Source of the DNA: an uncultured Planctomycetaceae bacterium
Lineage (GTDB): Bacteria > Planctomycetota > Planctomycetia > Planctomycetales > Planctomycetaceae
NCBI GenBank assembly: GCA_964531585.1
Contig: CAZHET010000001.1
Span: 1 to 47,245, forward strand
Direction of reading: 5' to 3'
Length of the DNA: 47,245 nucleotides
Positions 37,608 to 45,956 of this stretch are shown piece after piece. The notes under the pieces were generated by a model. That model saw only the letters and a list, made by a program, of their open reading frames with translations. It was not told the DNA's origin and did no database searches. A program made the translations under genes and the position numbers. Every line of letters begins with the position of its first letter. The stretch's first letter is position 1.

Positions 37608-37889
37608 TTACAACAGCATCACCAGGCCGTCCATCCCGGTCAGCCGGCTGTAGACCGCCAGCACCTGCTGAGGCGACTGGCAGTGGGGTTCCAGCGTGAC
37701 GGAAATGTGGTTGCCGTTTCGCGCTTCCCGCATGGAAAACGGCGGATCAATTTCCAGTTCCAGTTCGTCGCGCACAGCGGCAATCACCCGTGCGGCGAAG
37801 TTGTCTGCCGTCGCTCCAATCACCTTGAAAGTGAACACGCACGGAAACGTATGGCGAGACTCCAGAAGCTGAACGGACGGAAGCGGCAT
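37608..37889 (-). CDS. DUF493 / YbeD-like (UPF0250) small protein
   Basis: FPCVFTFKVIG...NGNHISVTLEPHCQSPQQVLAVYSRLTGMDGLVMLL is collinear with E. coli YbeD (FPTPFTYKVMG...GNYHSVSITI...VRMVL). Confidence 0.85.
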   Translation of the reverse strand: MPLPSVQLLESRHTFPCVFTFKVIGATADNFAARVIAAVRDELELEIDPPFSMREARNGNHISVTLEPHCQSPQQVLAVYSRLTGMDGLVMLL

Positions 37890-37958
37890 AACGCAACTCT
37901 ACGTGGCCGGAAGCGACGTGGCCGGAAGCAATGAGCGAATCGCACCAGTTTACGCAGT

Positions 37959-39797
37959 TCAGCCGATGCCGTGAAGAGGGCCTCCCGAAGCAAACAGCCG
38001 GTCAACTTTCGCGGCAACCTGCGGATCCGTTTCGAGCGGCGGCGCCATGTGCGCCTTGATGCGAGCGTCGATGACCAGACTTCCCCGGCAGCCCCAGTGC
38101 TTGTTCTCAAAAAACGAATCAATGCCGAAGATGTCCGACGCCGGGTTCGAACGCGTGAACACCATCCACAGGAAGTTGCGAAGTGACTCCGCGGCGAACC
38201 GGCTGTCGTCGACCAGCACGATCAGCGGGAAGCGGTTCAGCGGGCTGTCGGCCCGAAACGAATCGCAAAACTGCTGAGCCGACGGATCACTGCCGTGCGG
38301 CGCGACGCTCCACTCTGGTGCTGAGATCGCGATGACGCCCGGCAGACAGACCTGCGGATCTCGGAACCCGGCAGGAAGCAACACGTCCGCCAGCCATGCT
38401 GTCGGCAATTCGCGACGAATCGGTCCTGCCGCGGCAATGACCAGCTTGGACCCTTCGTTCAGCCCCGTGCCGGAATAGTCCAGCGTGTCGATCGTCGTGC
38501 GAGTCTGAAAATGCAGGTCTCGCTCCCAGTCAACTCGCTGCAGCACGTGCCTGAAGAACGCAGCAACGTCGTTGATGGCAAGCGACGGATCGTCTTCGTG
38601 AGCCACGATCCACAGATACTTCGCCAGTGACAACTGCCCCTGCCCAAGAATCGCGTTCGCATTCGTCAGCAGTTCCTGGGGCCGCCGTTGCGCCGCGTAC
38701 GGCACGTAACGTTCGCTGCCGATAGCCAGCAGCAGCGGATGAACGCCGGCCGCATCAACCGCGTGAACCGCGTGGACCCCAGGCAGCACCGCCGGAATCG
38801 CCGGACCGGTCAGTTCGTGTATCAGTTCGCCGAATACCGTGTCTTCCTGCGGCGGTCGCCCGACGACTGTGAACGGCCAGATCGCGTCCCGGCGATGGTA
38901 CACGCGTTCGACGTTCAGCACTGGAAAGTCATGGACCAGACTGTAGTACCCGAGATGGTCTCCAAACGGTCCCTCGGGAAGTTCACCGTCGGCGATGGTT
39001 CCCGTGATGCAGAAATCTGCTTCCGCACAGATCATCGGTCCATCGCTGCGGCGAATCATGCGGATCGCGCGGCGCGACAGGGCTCCGGCAAACGCGACTT
39101 CCGGGATACCGTCCGGCAGCGGCATCACGGCGGCAACCGCCATTGATGGCGGGCCTCCCACGAAGATGTTCACTTGCAGCGGCTGCCCTTTCGCCTTTGC
39201 TGCCGCGTGATGGAACCCGATGCTGCGATGAATCTGGTAGTGCAGTCCGACCTGCCTGTTCGTTGCGAACCGGTTGCCGGACAACTGCACACGATACATT
39301 CCCAGATTGGAATGCACGTAACCGGGACGGTCCGGATGTTCGGTGTAGACTTCCGGGAGCGTGATGAACGGTCCGCCGTCATCCGGCCAGCACTTCAGTT
39401 GTGGTAGCTGATCGATTTGGGTTTCGCATTCCAGCACAGGCCCCGATGATCGTTTCGCGGGTCTCATGGAAAGCAGCGTTCGAGCCATCCCCGGCAGCCC
39501 GAACGGCTGCTTCAGCGGAGTAGCCGGGTCGCGTTTCGCCGCGATCAGCATTTCGACGCCGTGCAGAGCGTCACGGAAAATGAAACGGGCACGTTCCATC
39601 GTGCCAAACAGGTTGCTGACCATCGGAAAACGGCAGCCACGAACGTTTTCGTACAGAATCGCCGGACCGCCTGCGGCGTACACGCGCCGGTGAACTTCCG
39701 CAGCTTCCAGATCTGCGTCGATTTCGTTCTTCAGCCGGATGAGATGCCCGTTGCGTTCGAGATCTCTGACACACTGCTGAAGATTACGGTAGCCCAT
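37959..39797 (-). CDS. UbiD-family (prenyl-FMN dependent) decarboxylase, ~612 aa
   Basis: The sequence MGYRNLQQCVRDLERNGHLIRLKNEIDADLEAAEVHRRVYAAGGPAILYENVRGCRFPMVSNLFGT... continues to ...GPFGDHLGYYS... The ATG at 39797 gives a UbiD-like N-terminus. The listed start at 39899 adds 34 non-homologous residues that run into the repeat region. Confidence 0.8.
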   Translation of the reverse strand: MGYRNLQQCVRDLERNGHLIRLKNEIDADLEAAEVHRRVYAAGGPAILYENVRGCRFPMVSNLFGTMERARFIFRDALHGVEMLIAAKRDPATPLKQPFGLPGMARTLLSMRPAKRSSGPVLECETQIDQLPQLKCWPDDGGPFITLPEVYTEHPDRPGYVHSNLGMYRVQLSGNRFATNRQVGLHYQIHRSIGFHHAAAKAKGQPLQVNIFVGGPPSMAVAAVMPLPDGIPEVAFAGALSRRAIRMIRRSDGPMICAEADFCITGTIADGELPEGPFGDHLGYYSLVHDFPVLNVERVYHRRDAIWPFTVVGRPPQEDTVFGELIHELTGPAIPAVLPGVHAVHAVDAAGVHPLLLAIGSERYVPYAAQRRPQELLTNANAILGQGQLSLAKYLWIVAHEDDPSLAINDVAAFFRHVLQRVDWERDLHFQTRTTIDTLDYSGTGLNEGSKLVIAAAGPIRRELPTAWLADVLLPAGFRDPQVCLPGVIAISAPEWSVAPHGSDPSAQQFCDSFRADSPLNRFPLIVLVDDSRFAAESLRNFLWMVFTRSNPASDIFGIDSFFENKHWGCRGSLVIDARIKAHMAPPLETDPQVAAKVDRLFASGGPLHGIG

Positions 39798-39953
39798 TGA
39801 GGATTTCTCTGGATCGAATGAACATTGCGCCCGCAGCCGCAAACCAGACTGTCGTTGTTGATTGGTGCAGCATACCGCCTGGTCTGCGGCACAAGTCACA
39901 CACTCGGAACGTGCGATGTGCAGAGTGCCTTGTCAACTCCTGGTGCTCGCGTT

Positions 39954-40047
39954 CGTCATTCCCGCGCAGAGTCCTGCCCTCGCAAAGGCGGAGGCGGGAA
40001 TCCGGTGCCGCGATCTGGATTCCCGCCCGCGCGGGAATGCCGGACGA
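39954..40047. repeat. REP-like palindromic cluster of the same family as 2410..2525
   Basis: cgtcattcccgcgcag (39954..39969) is the exact reverse complement of ctgcgcgggaatgacg found in the 2476..2513 copy. The arm attcccgc (39958..39965) pairs with gcgggaat (39994..40001). A second hairpin is attcccgc-ccgc-gcgggaat (40019..40038), followed by gccggacgac. The cluster lies between the ADH-like stop and the UbiD-like start. Confidence 0.8.
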
Positions 40048-40073
40048 CTCCAATTTCAAGCCATGACCAGGCA

Positions 40074-41024
40074 CTAGTCCACGTCGAACAGCACCTTCAG
40101 CGCATCTGACTGTTGAGCATGTTCGAACGCCGCGGTTGATTCTTCCAGCGGGTAGCTGGCGGAAATCAGTAAGTCGACGATGACCCGACCGTCATTCAGC
40201 ATCTCCAGAGCAGGGCCAAACGGCCCGCAGCGAGATCCCAGGACCGTTACCTCATCAATCACAATCGGAGCCAAATGCAGAGACTGCTTGGCGGCGACGG
40301 TTGTCTTCAGAATCACCGTGCCACACGGTCGAACAGTCTGCAGTGCCATTTCGAACCCGACCGGTGACCCTGTGCAGTCCACGACGAAGTCCGCCGTGTG
40401 GTCTGGAAGATGATCGTCCAGCAGTCGTCCCTCAATGCGGACATCCCGCAACCGCTGCAGCTTCCAACCGTGTTTGCCGATGACGGTTAACCGACAGCCG
40501 GTCGTTTTCAGGACCTGAGCGCACACGTTTCCCAGACGCCCGTCGCCGAAGATGACCACGCGGTCTGCCGCGGAGATCGTGACCTGCTCCAGAATCCGGC
40601 ACGCCGCCGCGACGGGTTCGGTGAAGACTGCCTGCTGATCGCTGAGAGTATCCGGGACGCGATGGAGGTTTTCTTCGGGGACCATCACCGCATCCGCGAA
40701 TGCTCCGTCATGGTTCAGGATGCCGATCACCGTGCGGTTTGGGCAGTGCCGCGGTCGGCCGTTCAGACAGGTGTCGCACCTGCGACACGCGCAGTTGATC
40801 TCGCCGACAACGCGCTGGCCCGCGAATCGGCCAGTTTGGGCAACGCCGACAAATTCGTGGCCCGGAATTCCGTCGAAGCCCATGTAGCCCTGTACGAGCT
40901 GCAGGTCTGTTTCGCAGATGCCCGCTTTGGTGACTCGAACTTCGATCAGGTCACCGCGCGAGCTGCGGGGGGTGAAGTCGCTGCGGAATGTGGTCTGTCC
41001 GCCATGCAGTTCGATCGCGCGCAC
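40074..41024 (-). CDS. Zinc-dependent medium-chain alcohol/polyol dehydrogenase family protein
   Basis: GICETDL...GHEFVG provides the catalytic Zn ligands, CRRCDTCLNGRPRHC the structural Zn site and VIFGDGRLG the Rossmann motif. I prefer the GTG at 41024, which lies 1 nt after the upstream stop (TGA-C-GTG). The listed start at 41105 overlaps the upstream gene by 80 nt. Confidence 0.85.
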   Translation of the reverse strand: MRAIELHGGQTTFRSDFTPRSSRGDLIEVRVTKAGICETDLQLVQGYMGFDGIPGHEFVGVAQTGRFAGQRVVGEINCACRRCDTCLNGRPRHCPNRTVIGILNHDGAFADAVMVPEENLHRVPDTLSDQQAVFTEPVAAACRILEQVTISAADRVVIFGDGRLGNVCAQVLKTTGCRLTVIGKHGWKLQRLRDVRIEGRLLDDHLPDHTADFVVDCTGSPVGFEMALQTVRPCGTVILKTTVAAKQSLHLAPIVIDEVTVLGSRCGPFGPALEMLNDGRVIVDLLISASYPLEESTAAFEHAQQSDALKVLFDVD

Positions 41025-41025
41025 G

Positions 41026-41724
41026 TCATTCGCCCGCGGGACCAAACACGGCAATTTCGTCGAAGTTGCCGGTATCGTCGAAAGATCCCACACCAAATCG
41101 ACCACTGCCGAACGTCTTGTCGGTTGCAGTCATCACGGGAGTTTCCATGTCGTCGAAGTAAACTTCGATCGATCCCGATTCCACGTCACGTACAACTCGC
41201 GCGTGATGCCAGTCGTCTGTCCACGGTGTGCCTTTCGTTGTCTTCGTCGAGATCTTGATTCTTGGAGCATCGTTGACAATGAAGATCTGATTCGCGTGAT
41301 CGTCAGTTTCTTTGCCCAGATGCACATAGTACAGGTGAGCGTCATCCTGATAACCGAAGAACAGACAAAGATCCCGGTGGCCGTAGTCGGGGATCGTGGA
41401 CTGGAGTTTCACATCCAGCACCATGCTGCCCGCAGTCACGTCCTTCACCAGGGAGCGGTTGAATGGTGAGCGGTGCGGTGGATTGAAATCACTGTTCTTC
41501 TTTGTCAGTGAATACACGTGGTTGCCGTCCTGTTCGATCACCTTCCAGGCGGACTCGTCGGTCGGCTCGAACGCGTTTGCTGCTCCGTCCTCGAAATCTG
41601 AGTGGAAGACCAGCTTCATACCGTCCGGCGCGTCCGGCGGTGCCGCGGTGGAAATTCGCGATGTCGCAGCGAGCAGTAAAATCAGGGCGGCACGTGTCAC
41701 CGGCGAAACAAGTGATACAGACAT
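41026..41724 (-). CDS. Secreted concanavalin-A/LamG-like (DUF1080-related?) jelly-roll protein
   Basis: The signal peptide is MSVSLVSPVTRAALILLLAATSRISTAAP. The remainder (FHSDFEDG...WKVIEQDGNHVY...MVLDVKLQ...HLYYVHLG...WHHARVVRD...IEVYFDD...GRFGVGSFDDTGNFDEIAV) has the beta-sandwich lectin-like pattern. Confidence 0.6.
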   Translation of the reverse strand: MSVSLVSPVTRAALILLLAATSRISTAAPPDAPDGMKLVFHSDFEDGAANAFEPTDESAWKVIEQDGNHVYSLTKKNSDFNPPHRSPFNRSLVKDVTAGSMVLDVKLQSTIPDYGHRDLCLFFGYQDDAHLYYVHLGKETDDHANQIFIVNDAPRIKISTKTTKGTPWTDDWHHARVVRDVESGSIEVYFDDMETPVMTATDKTFGSGRFGVGSFDDTGNFDEIAVFGPAGE

Positions 41725-41910
41725 CGGTTAGGCTCCAGCTTGCTTGCGAATCAGACCTGTCGCCCGTTCGTGACGGAGACGGTGAGTAGACACGGTCGAT
41801 TCGCCAACTGCAAGCGTCTGCAATCACATCATGCGTTGACGTGAGTGCCCTGTTGCAACGGCTCAGTCCGGTTCCTCGTCGACGTCAGGCGAGCGGCAGG
41901 TGAGAATTTT

Positions 41911-41978
41911 CCCGTACGATGGCCTTCCAAGGCCGTCGTTGCAGTCCTGACGACGGCCTTGGAAGGCCATCGTACGGG
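41911..41978. repeat. Perfect 29-bp inverted repeat with a 10-nt loop
   Basis: cccgtacgatggccttccaaggccgtcgt (41911..41939) is the exact reverse complement of acgacggccttggaaggccatcgtacggg (41950..41978). The loop is tgcagtcctg. The repeat lies in the 319-nt gap between two minus-strand genes. Confidence 0.95.
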
Positions 41979-42043
41979 ACACCACCTCGGGTAAGAACCA
42001 CTTGCCGCTCGCGTCAGCAGTCGCGGACTCGTCAGGCTGCACT

Positions 42044-43216
42044 CTACAGTCGGACTCGGCCAGCCGGGGCTGGCACCGAAATCCACCGCAACGGCCGGGT
42101 GTTACTCGTGGTGTCGGACAGGTGTGTGTCCGGCCGCCCGGTACCATTCTGCGGGTCTCGTGACTCCGCGGCAAGGCGACGCACAGAGATCACGTCGAAG
42201 TGATTGCTGCGCAGTTTACCTTGCGCCATCATCAGCGGGCGCACGGCAGCGTTTTCGTCCTCGCTTGTCGGCGGAGACACAAAATCCTGCGGACTGACTT
42301 CACGGCCGAGATCAGACGCCGGCGGGACTGGTGCCGTGGCGTCATTGTCCGACTCGGGATTCTCTGCGTCACGTGGTTCCGCAGCAGTTCCGTCGGACGT
42401 GTCGTCCGTGGAGCCGTCTTCTTCGACTGGCTCTGTTATAGGTGGTCGGTTCGTGCGGCGGAATTCCGGGAATTGATCGTCGAGACGCTGGTTCAGAATG
42501 TCATCGACAGCGTTACCCGAACCTTGTGCCGGAGTGCCGGACCGGTCCTGTGTCTGCCCCCACCCAGAGCCGCGAGCGCCGCCGATCCCGGTGGATTCGT
42601 TGCTTGGACCAAACATGTCGCGTCCTGTGTCGTCGTTGAACAGCGGAGCGCTCGTGTCATTTTCGAATGTCCCACGACTGCCGGGGCCTTCGTCGGTCGG
42701 ACTTTCGTAGCCACGGGGCGTGGAACGCCGATCGCGCTCGTCGAGCGGGTCGCGTTCATCGCGCGGATCGCGGGTTTCCGAGTCTCGCGTGCGTCCTGTG
42801 CCGGTATTGGAGATGGGGTCGGCGGCCGGGCGGAGCGTGCCCGTTTCGACGCCTGTGCAGGCGGCTCCGCACGCGGCGCCAACGCAGCCTGGGCCGCAGG
42901 CCGACCCACAACTGGTGCAGGGATCACAGCAGGCCACTGCACAGCCACCGGCTGAGTAGCTCGCGCTGGAGTAGCTCGCGTAACCAGCGCTGTATGCCGG
43001 TGCATAATTCACGGGTGCCGCGTAGCTGGCATAGCTAACCGGCGGATATCCGCCGTAGTATCCTGCCGAAGACGGGCCGTAGCCGGCATAGGTCGGTGCC
43101 CACGGTGCATAGCCAGCGCCGTATGCGGGAAAAAAGGGCCACCAGCAGGCCTGCGACGCCGGTGCCAGTACCAAAAGCAATCCGACAACCAGGGTTTTCG
43201 ACAGGAAGATTCGCAT
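42044..43216 (-). CDS. Secreted low-complexity protein: Tyr/Gly/Ala/Pro/Ser-rich segment, dense Cys cluster, then an acidic/Arg-rich disordered region
   Basis: The signal peptide is MRIFLSKTLVVGLLLVLAPASQA. Residues 31-88 contain 14 Tyr (AYGAGYAPWAPTYAGYGPSSAGYYGGYPP...). Residues 92-120 contain 9 Cys (GCAVACCDPCTSCGSACGPGCVGAACGAAC; nt 42857..42943). I recognise no homologue. Confidence 0.6.
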   Translation of the reverse strand: MRIFLSKTLVVGLLLVLAPASQACWWPFFPAYGAGYAPWAPTYAGYGPSSAGYYGGYPPVSYASYAAPVNYAPAYSAGYASYSSASYSAGGCAVACCDPCTSCGSACGPGCVGAACGAACTGVETGTLRPAADPISNTGTGRTRDSETRDPRDERDPLDERDRRSTPRGYESPTDEGPGSRGTFENDTSAPLFNDDTGRDMFGPSNESTGIGGARGSGWGQTQDRSGTPAQGSGNAVDDILNQRLDDQFPEFRRTNRPPITEPVEEDGSTDDTSDGTAAEPRDAENPESDNDATAPVPPASDLGREVSPQDFVSPPTSEDENAAVRPLMMAQGKLRSNHFDVISVRRLAAESRDPQNGTGRPDTHLSDTTSNTRPLRWISVPAPAGRVRL

Positions 43217-43407
43217 GAATCACCTCAGAGGCTTCCAGAGGAACTTGCGGCTGACAGCGCGTCCATAACTGCTGATTCGCACGGGAACCGTCTCAGACGC
43301 CGCATTCGGATCGAGAGACAAACGTTTCGCAGGTTGCCTCCTTTTACCGTCGCCGGTCAGGCTTTGTCAAACAGTCCCACCGCGGATTCAGCCCGGCAAC
43401 CAGTGGC

Positions 43408-43998
43408 TCAGACGGCCGGCTGACCTGTAAAGTAGTCCGGTTCCAGCCCCGCTTTCCACTTGATATTACAGCCAATGCTGGGTTTCTGATCGATGCTGAC
43501 TTCCCGGCCAGCGAGAACCGCATCACAGGCGGCGCGGAGGTCCTCACCGGTCACCGGCACCTCGTTTCCGGGGCGGCTGGAATCAAACTGCCCGCGATAA
43601 ACCAGAGCGTGATCCGCATCGAAGAGGAAGAAATCCGGCGTGCAGGCCGCTTTGTACGCCTGAGCGGCCTGCTGGTCACCGTCGTACAGGTACGGGAAGT
43701 GGTAGCCCGCTGACTTCGCCTCGGCCTTCATTTCTTCAGGGCCGTCCTGCGGATGAGTCGAGATGTCGTTGGAGCTGATGCCGACGATGGCAAGTCCCTT
43801 TGCCTGATATTCGTCTGCGAATTTTGCCAGTGCCGGTCGCAGATGGATAACAAACGGACAGTGGTTGCACATGAAGATTACCAGCAGCGGTTTTCCGGCG
43901 AAATCACTGCGGCGCGATACGGAACCGTCAACATTCGGCAGCGAAAAATCCGGCGCGGTAGTGCCCAGCGGCAACATTGTGGAGGCTGTTTTGACCAT
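43408..43998 (-). CDS. Thioredoxin-fold (AhpC/TSA/redoxin-like) protein
   Basis: APDFSLPNVDG...GKPLLVIFMCNHCPFV carries the CxxC-type motif CNHC, followed by ...GLAIVGISSND.... Confidence 0.8.
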   Translation of the reverse strand: MVKTASTMLPLGTTAPDFSLPNVDGSVSRRSDFAGKPLLVIFMCNHCPFVIHLRPALAKFADEYQAKGLAIVGISSNDISTHPQDGPEEMKAEAKSAGYHFPYLYDGDQQAAQAYKAACTPDFFLFDADHALVYRGQFDSSRPGNEVPVTGEDLRAACDAVLAGREVSIDQKPSIGCNIKWKAGLEPDYFTGQPAV

Positions 43999-44121
43999 GG
44001 CGAGGTCTCCCTGAGAAGTGCGTTGACGGCGAATGTGCAGTTTGCGGTCTGCTGCGCAGCGTCCGGGCGCAGCGGGCGGCGGACCTGACAGAGTCTACTG
44101 ATCGAGACTGCACGTTCAAAT

Positions 44122-44190
44122 CGATGGCGGGTCACCGATGGCGGGTCACTGGTGCGGTCGATCGAAGGCAATTCATCGAACGCGGGTCAC
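44122..44190. repeat. Exact tandem 14-nt direct repeat (cgatggcgggtcac x2) plus a degenerate third copy upstream of tssK; any regulatory role is speculative
   Basis: The tandem copies at 44122..44135 and 44136..44149 are identical. The third copy, cgaacgcgggtcac, is at 44177..44190. The repeats lie 240-310 nt upstream of the tssK-like ATG. Confidence 0.6.
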
Positions 44191-44431
44191 GGCACGTCGT
44201 GAAGCGTCCGCCGAATCCTCGAGGCGCGTACGGGAATCGCACGAATCGGCGATCAACCGTTCGTAAACTGGCGGGCAGGCTTCTCATCGAGCGATGTCAC
44301 GGTTAGCTTATGCCGCGAACCGGTCGCAGCCTGATGCGCAAGCACTGCTTCGTCCGCGGGAACCCTGATGTGTCATGCCTGAAGTTTCATGTTTGTGCGG
44401 GAATTGCTCTGCCGAACCGGAGCGTTAATCT

Positions 44432-45847
44432 ATGGCGTCGAAGTCCGTTTACTGGGGCGAAGGGCTGTTCCTTCGCCCGCATCATTTTCAGTGCGTCGAA
44501 CGCAGCGTGCTGGAAAAAATTCGCATTGCCGAAAACTGGGGTGATCGGCACTGCTACGGTCTTCAACGACTGGATGTCGACCTGGATTCCCTGTCGAACT
44601 GGCGGGTTTCGCTGGCATCCTGTCACTTGCGGCTGCCCGACGGGACTCACCTGCGGTTTCCGGAAGATGCTCACATTTCTGCCGTGGATATCCCTCGCAA
44701 ACTGTTTGCGGCGGCTGACACCCGAATCAAGGTGTATGTGGGAGTCGCCGAGTACCGTAACGGATTTTCCAACACAGACACCGAGGGCAGCAACCCGCAA
44801 AGCCGCTACGTGCTGGCTTCGGAAAGTGTTGAGGACGAAAACGCTCCCGGCAATGCAGAACAGATCCAGTTCCGCCGCTTCAATCCTCGCATTCTGATCG
44901 GCGATGACGCAGCACTTGGGTATGACGCGCTGCCGATTATGCAGTTGCGTCTGGGAGCGACCGCGGAGGCTCCCCCGGAAATCGACCCGGACTACATCCC
45001 GCCGCTGATCGCGTCGGAAGCCTGGCCCTGGCTGAGCGGATTCATTCGCTCGGTCTATGACCGCCTGGGGGCCACAGCAGACCGGCTTGCTCGCCAGATG
45101 ATCGACCGCGGCGTTGCCTTCGAAAGCGGGCACAAGGAAGACCTGGAACGCATTCTGCAGCTGCATGCGGTCAATTCCGCGCTGGGCGGCGTGGCGCACT
45201 TGCCGTTTATTCCCGGAGTCCATCCTTACGTCATTTATACGGAGATGTGTCGGATTGTCGGACAACTGGCCGTCTTTCGGCGTGAGCGGCGGTTTCCTGA
45301 CATTCCGGTCTACGACCACGATGACCTGTCCACCTGTTTCATGGCACTGCGACGTCTGCTGAATGTGGAAGAGCAAAAGGACGAGTCGTACATCCGGCGA
45401 CCGTTTGCCGCTCAGGGGCTGCAGATGTCAGTACGGCTGCAGACGGAATGGCTGGAACCGAGCTGGGCGTTTTATATCGGCGTCGAGTGCAAGCTGAAGA
45501 CCAGCGAAGTGACTGACCTGCTGTCGGAACGATCGCTGGGCATGAAAGTCGGTAACACGGACGAAGTGGACAACATCTACAAGTTCGGTCGTCGCGGCGT
45601 TCGACTGGCTCCGGTTGCGGATGCACCGCGGGCGTTTCCGCGAGCGAACTGGCACTACTATCGCGTGGATCGCGACGAAGCGTGGCGCAGCGTTGAGGAG
45701 ACGCTGAACCTGGGAATTCGCTTTAACGAGCGCAACGTGGCGCAGCAGATCAACGGTGAAAACAAGATTGACGTCAAGAACCGGCACACCGGCGAACTTG
45801 TCTCGCTGGCGTTTTCCCTGTTCGCGATCCAGGCCGCGGGTGCTTAA
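44432..45847 (+). CDS. tssK: TssK/ImpJ/VasE-like type VI secretion baseplate protein
   Basis: The N-terminus MASKSVYWGEGLFLRPHHFQ matches the TssK W-x-EG-x-FL-x-PQHFQ motif (compare EAEC TssK ...PLWEDGAFLMPQQFQQ). It is followed by ...WG...LDVDLDSLSNWRVSLASCHLRLPDGTHLRFPE..., which is collinear with ...WGVVAAEFDDSLL...ATRLIVRFPDGTLID. The length of 471 aa is typical. Confidence 0.8.
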   Translation: MASKSVYWGEGLFLRPHHFQCVERSVLEKIRIAENWGDRHCYGLQRLDVDLDSLSNWRVSLASCHLRLPDGTHLRFPEDAHISAVDIPRKLFAAADTRIKVYVGVAEYRNGFSNTDTEGSNPQSRYVLASESVEDENAPGNAEQIQFRRFNPRILIGDDAALGYDALPIMQLRLGATAEAPPEIDPDYIPPLIASEAWPWLSGFIRSVYDRLGATADRLARQMIDRGVAFESGHKEDLERILQLHAVNSALGGVAHLPFIPGVHPYVIYTEMCRIVGQLAVFRRERRFPDIPVYDHDDLSTCFMALRRLLNVEEQKDESYIRRPFAAQGLQMSVRLQTEWLEPSWAFYIGVECKLKTSEVTDLLSERSLGMKVGNTDEVDNIYKFGRRGVRLAPVADAPRAFPRANWHYYRVDRDEAWRSVEETLNLGIRFNERNVAQQINGENKIDVKNRHTGELVSLAFSLFAIQAAGA

Positions 45848-45956
45848 GGAACGCACGCATCTGCCGGCGACACAAGAATGTCTGGCTGTCAGAATTTGAG
45901 TACCTGGCGGACGTCGCACTCACACTTCAAGCTTTCAGGTTATCCGGCGAGACAGC

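Noticed and set aside
41829-42203. Small ORFs (85-103 aa) crossing the 29-bp inverted repeat.
   Set aside because: The mirror-image peptides (…GRPSYG…/…LEGHRTG…) arise from the palindrome itself. Nothing else supports coding.
44387-45376. A 329-aa ORF antisense to tssK, and the 195-aa + strand ORF at 44310..44897 in another frame.
   Set aside because: Both overlap the TssK-like frame, which has clear family motifs. Neither has recognisable motifs. The other long shadow ORFs (1596..2465, 5783..6766, 6992..7762, 8973..9716, 42200..42955, 46155..46793, 46832..47224) are rejected for the same reason.
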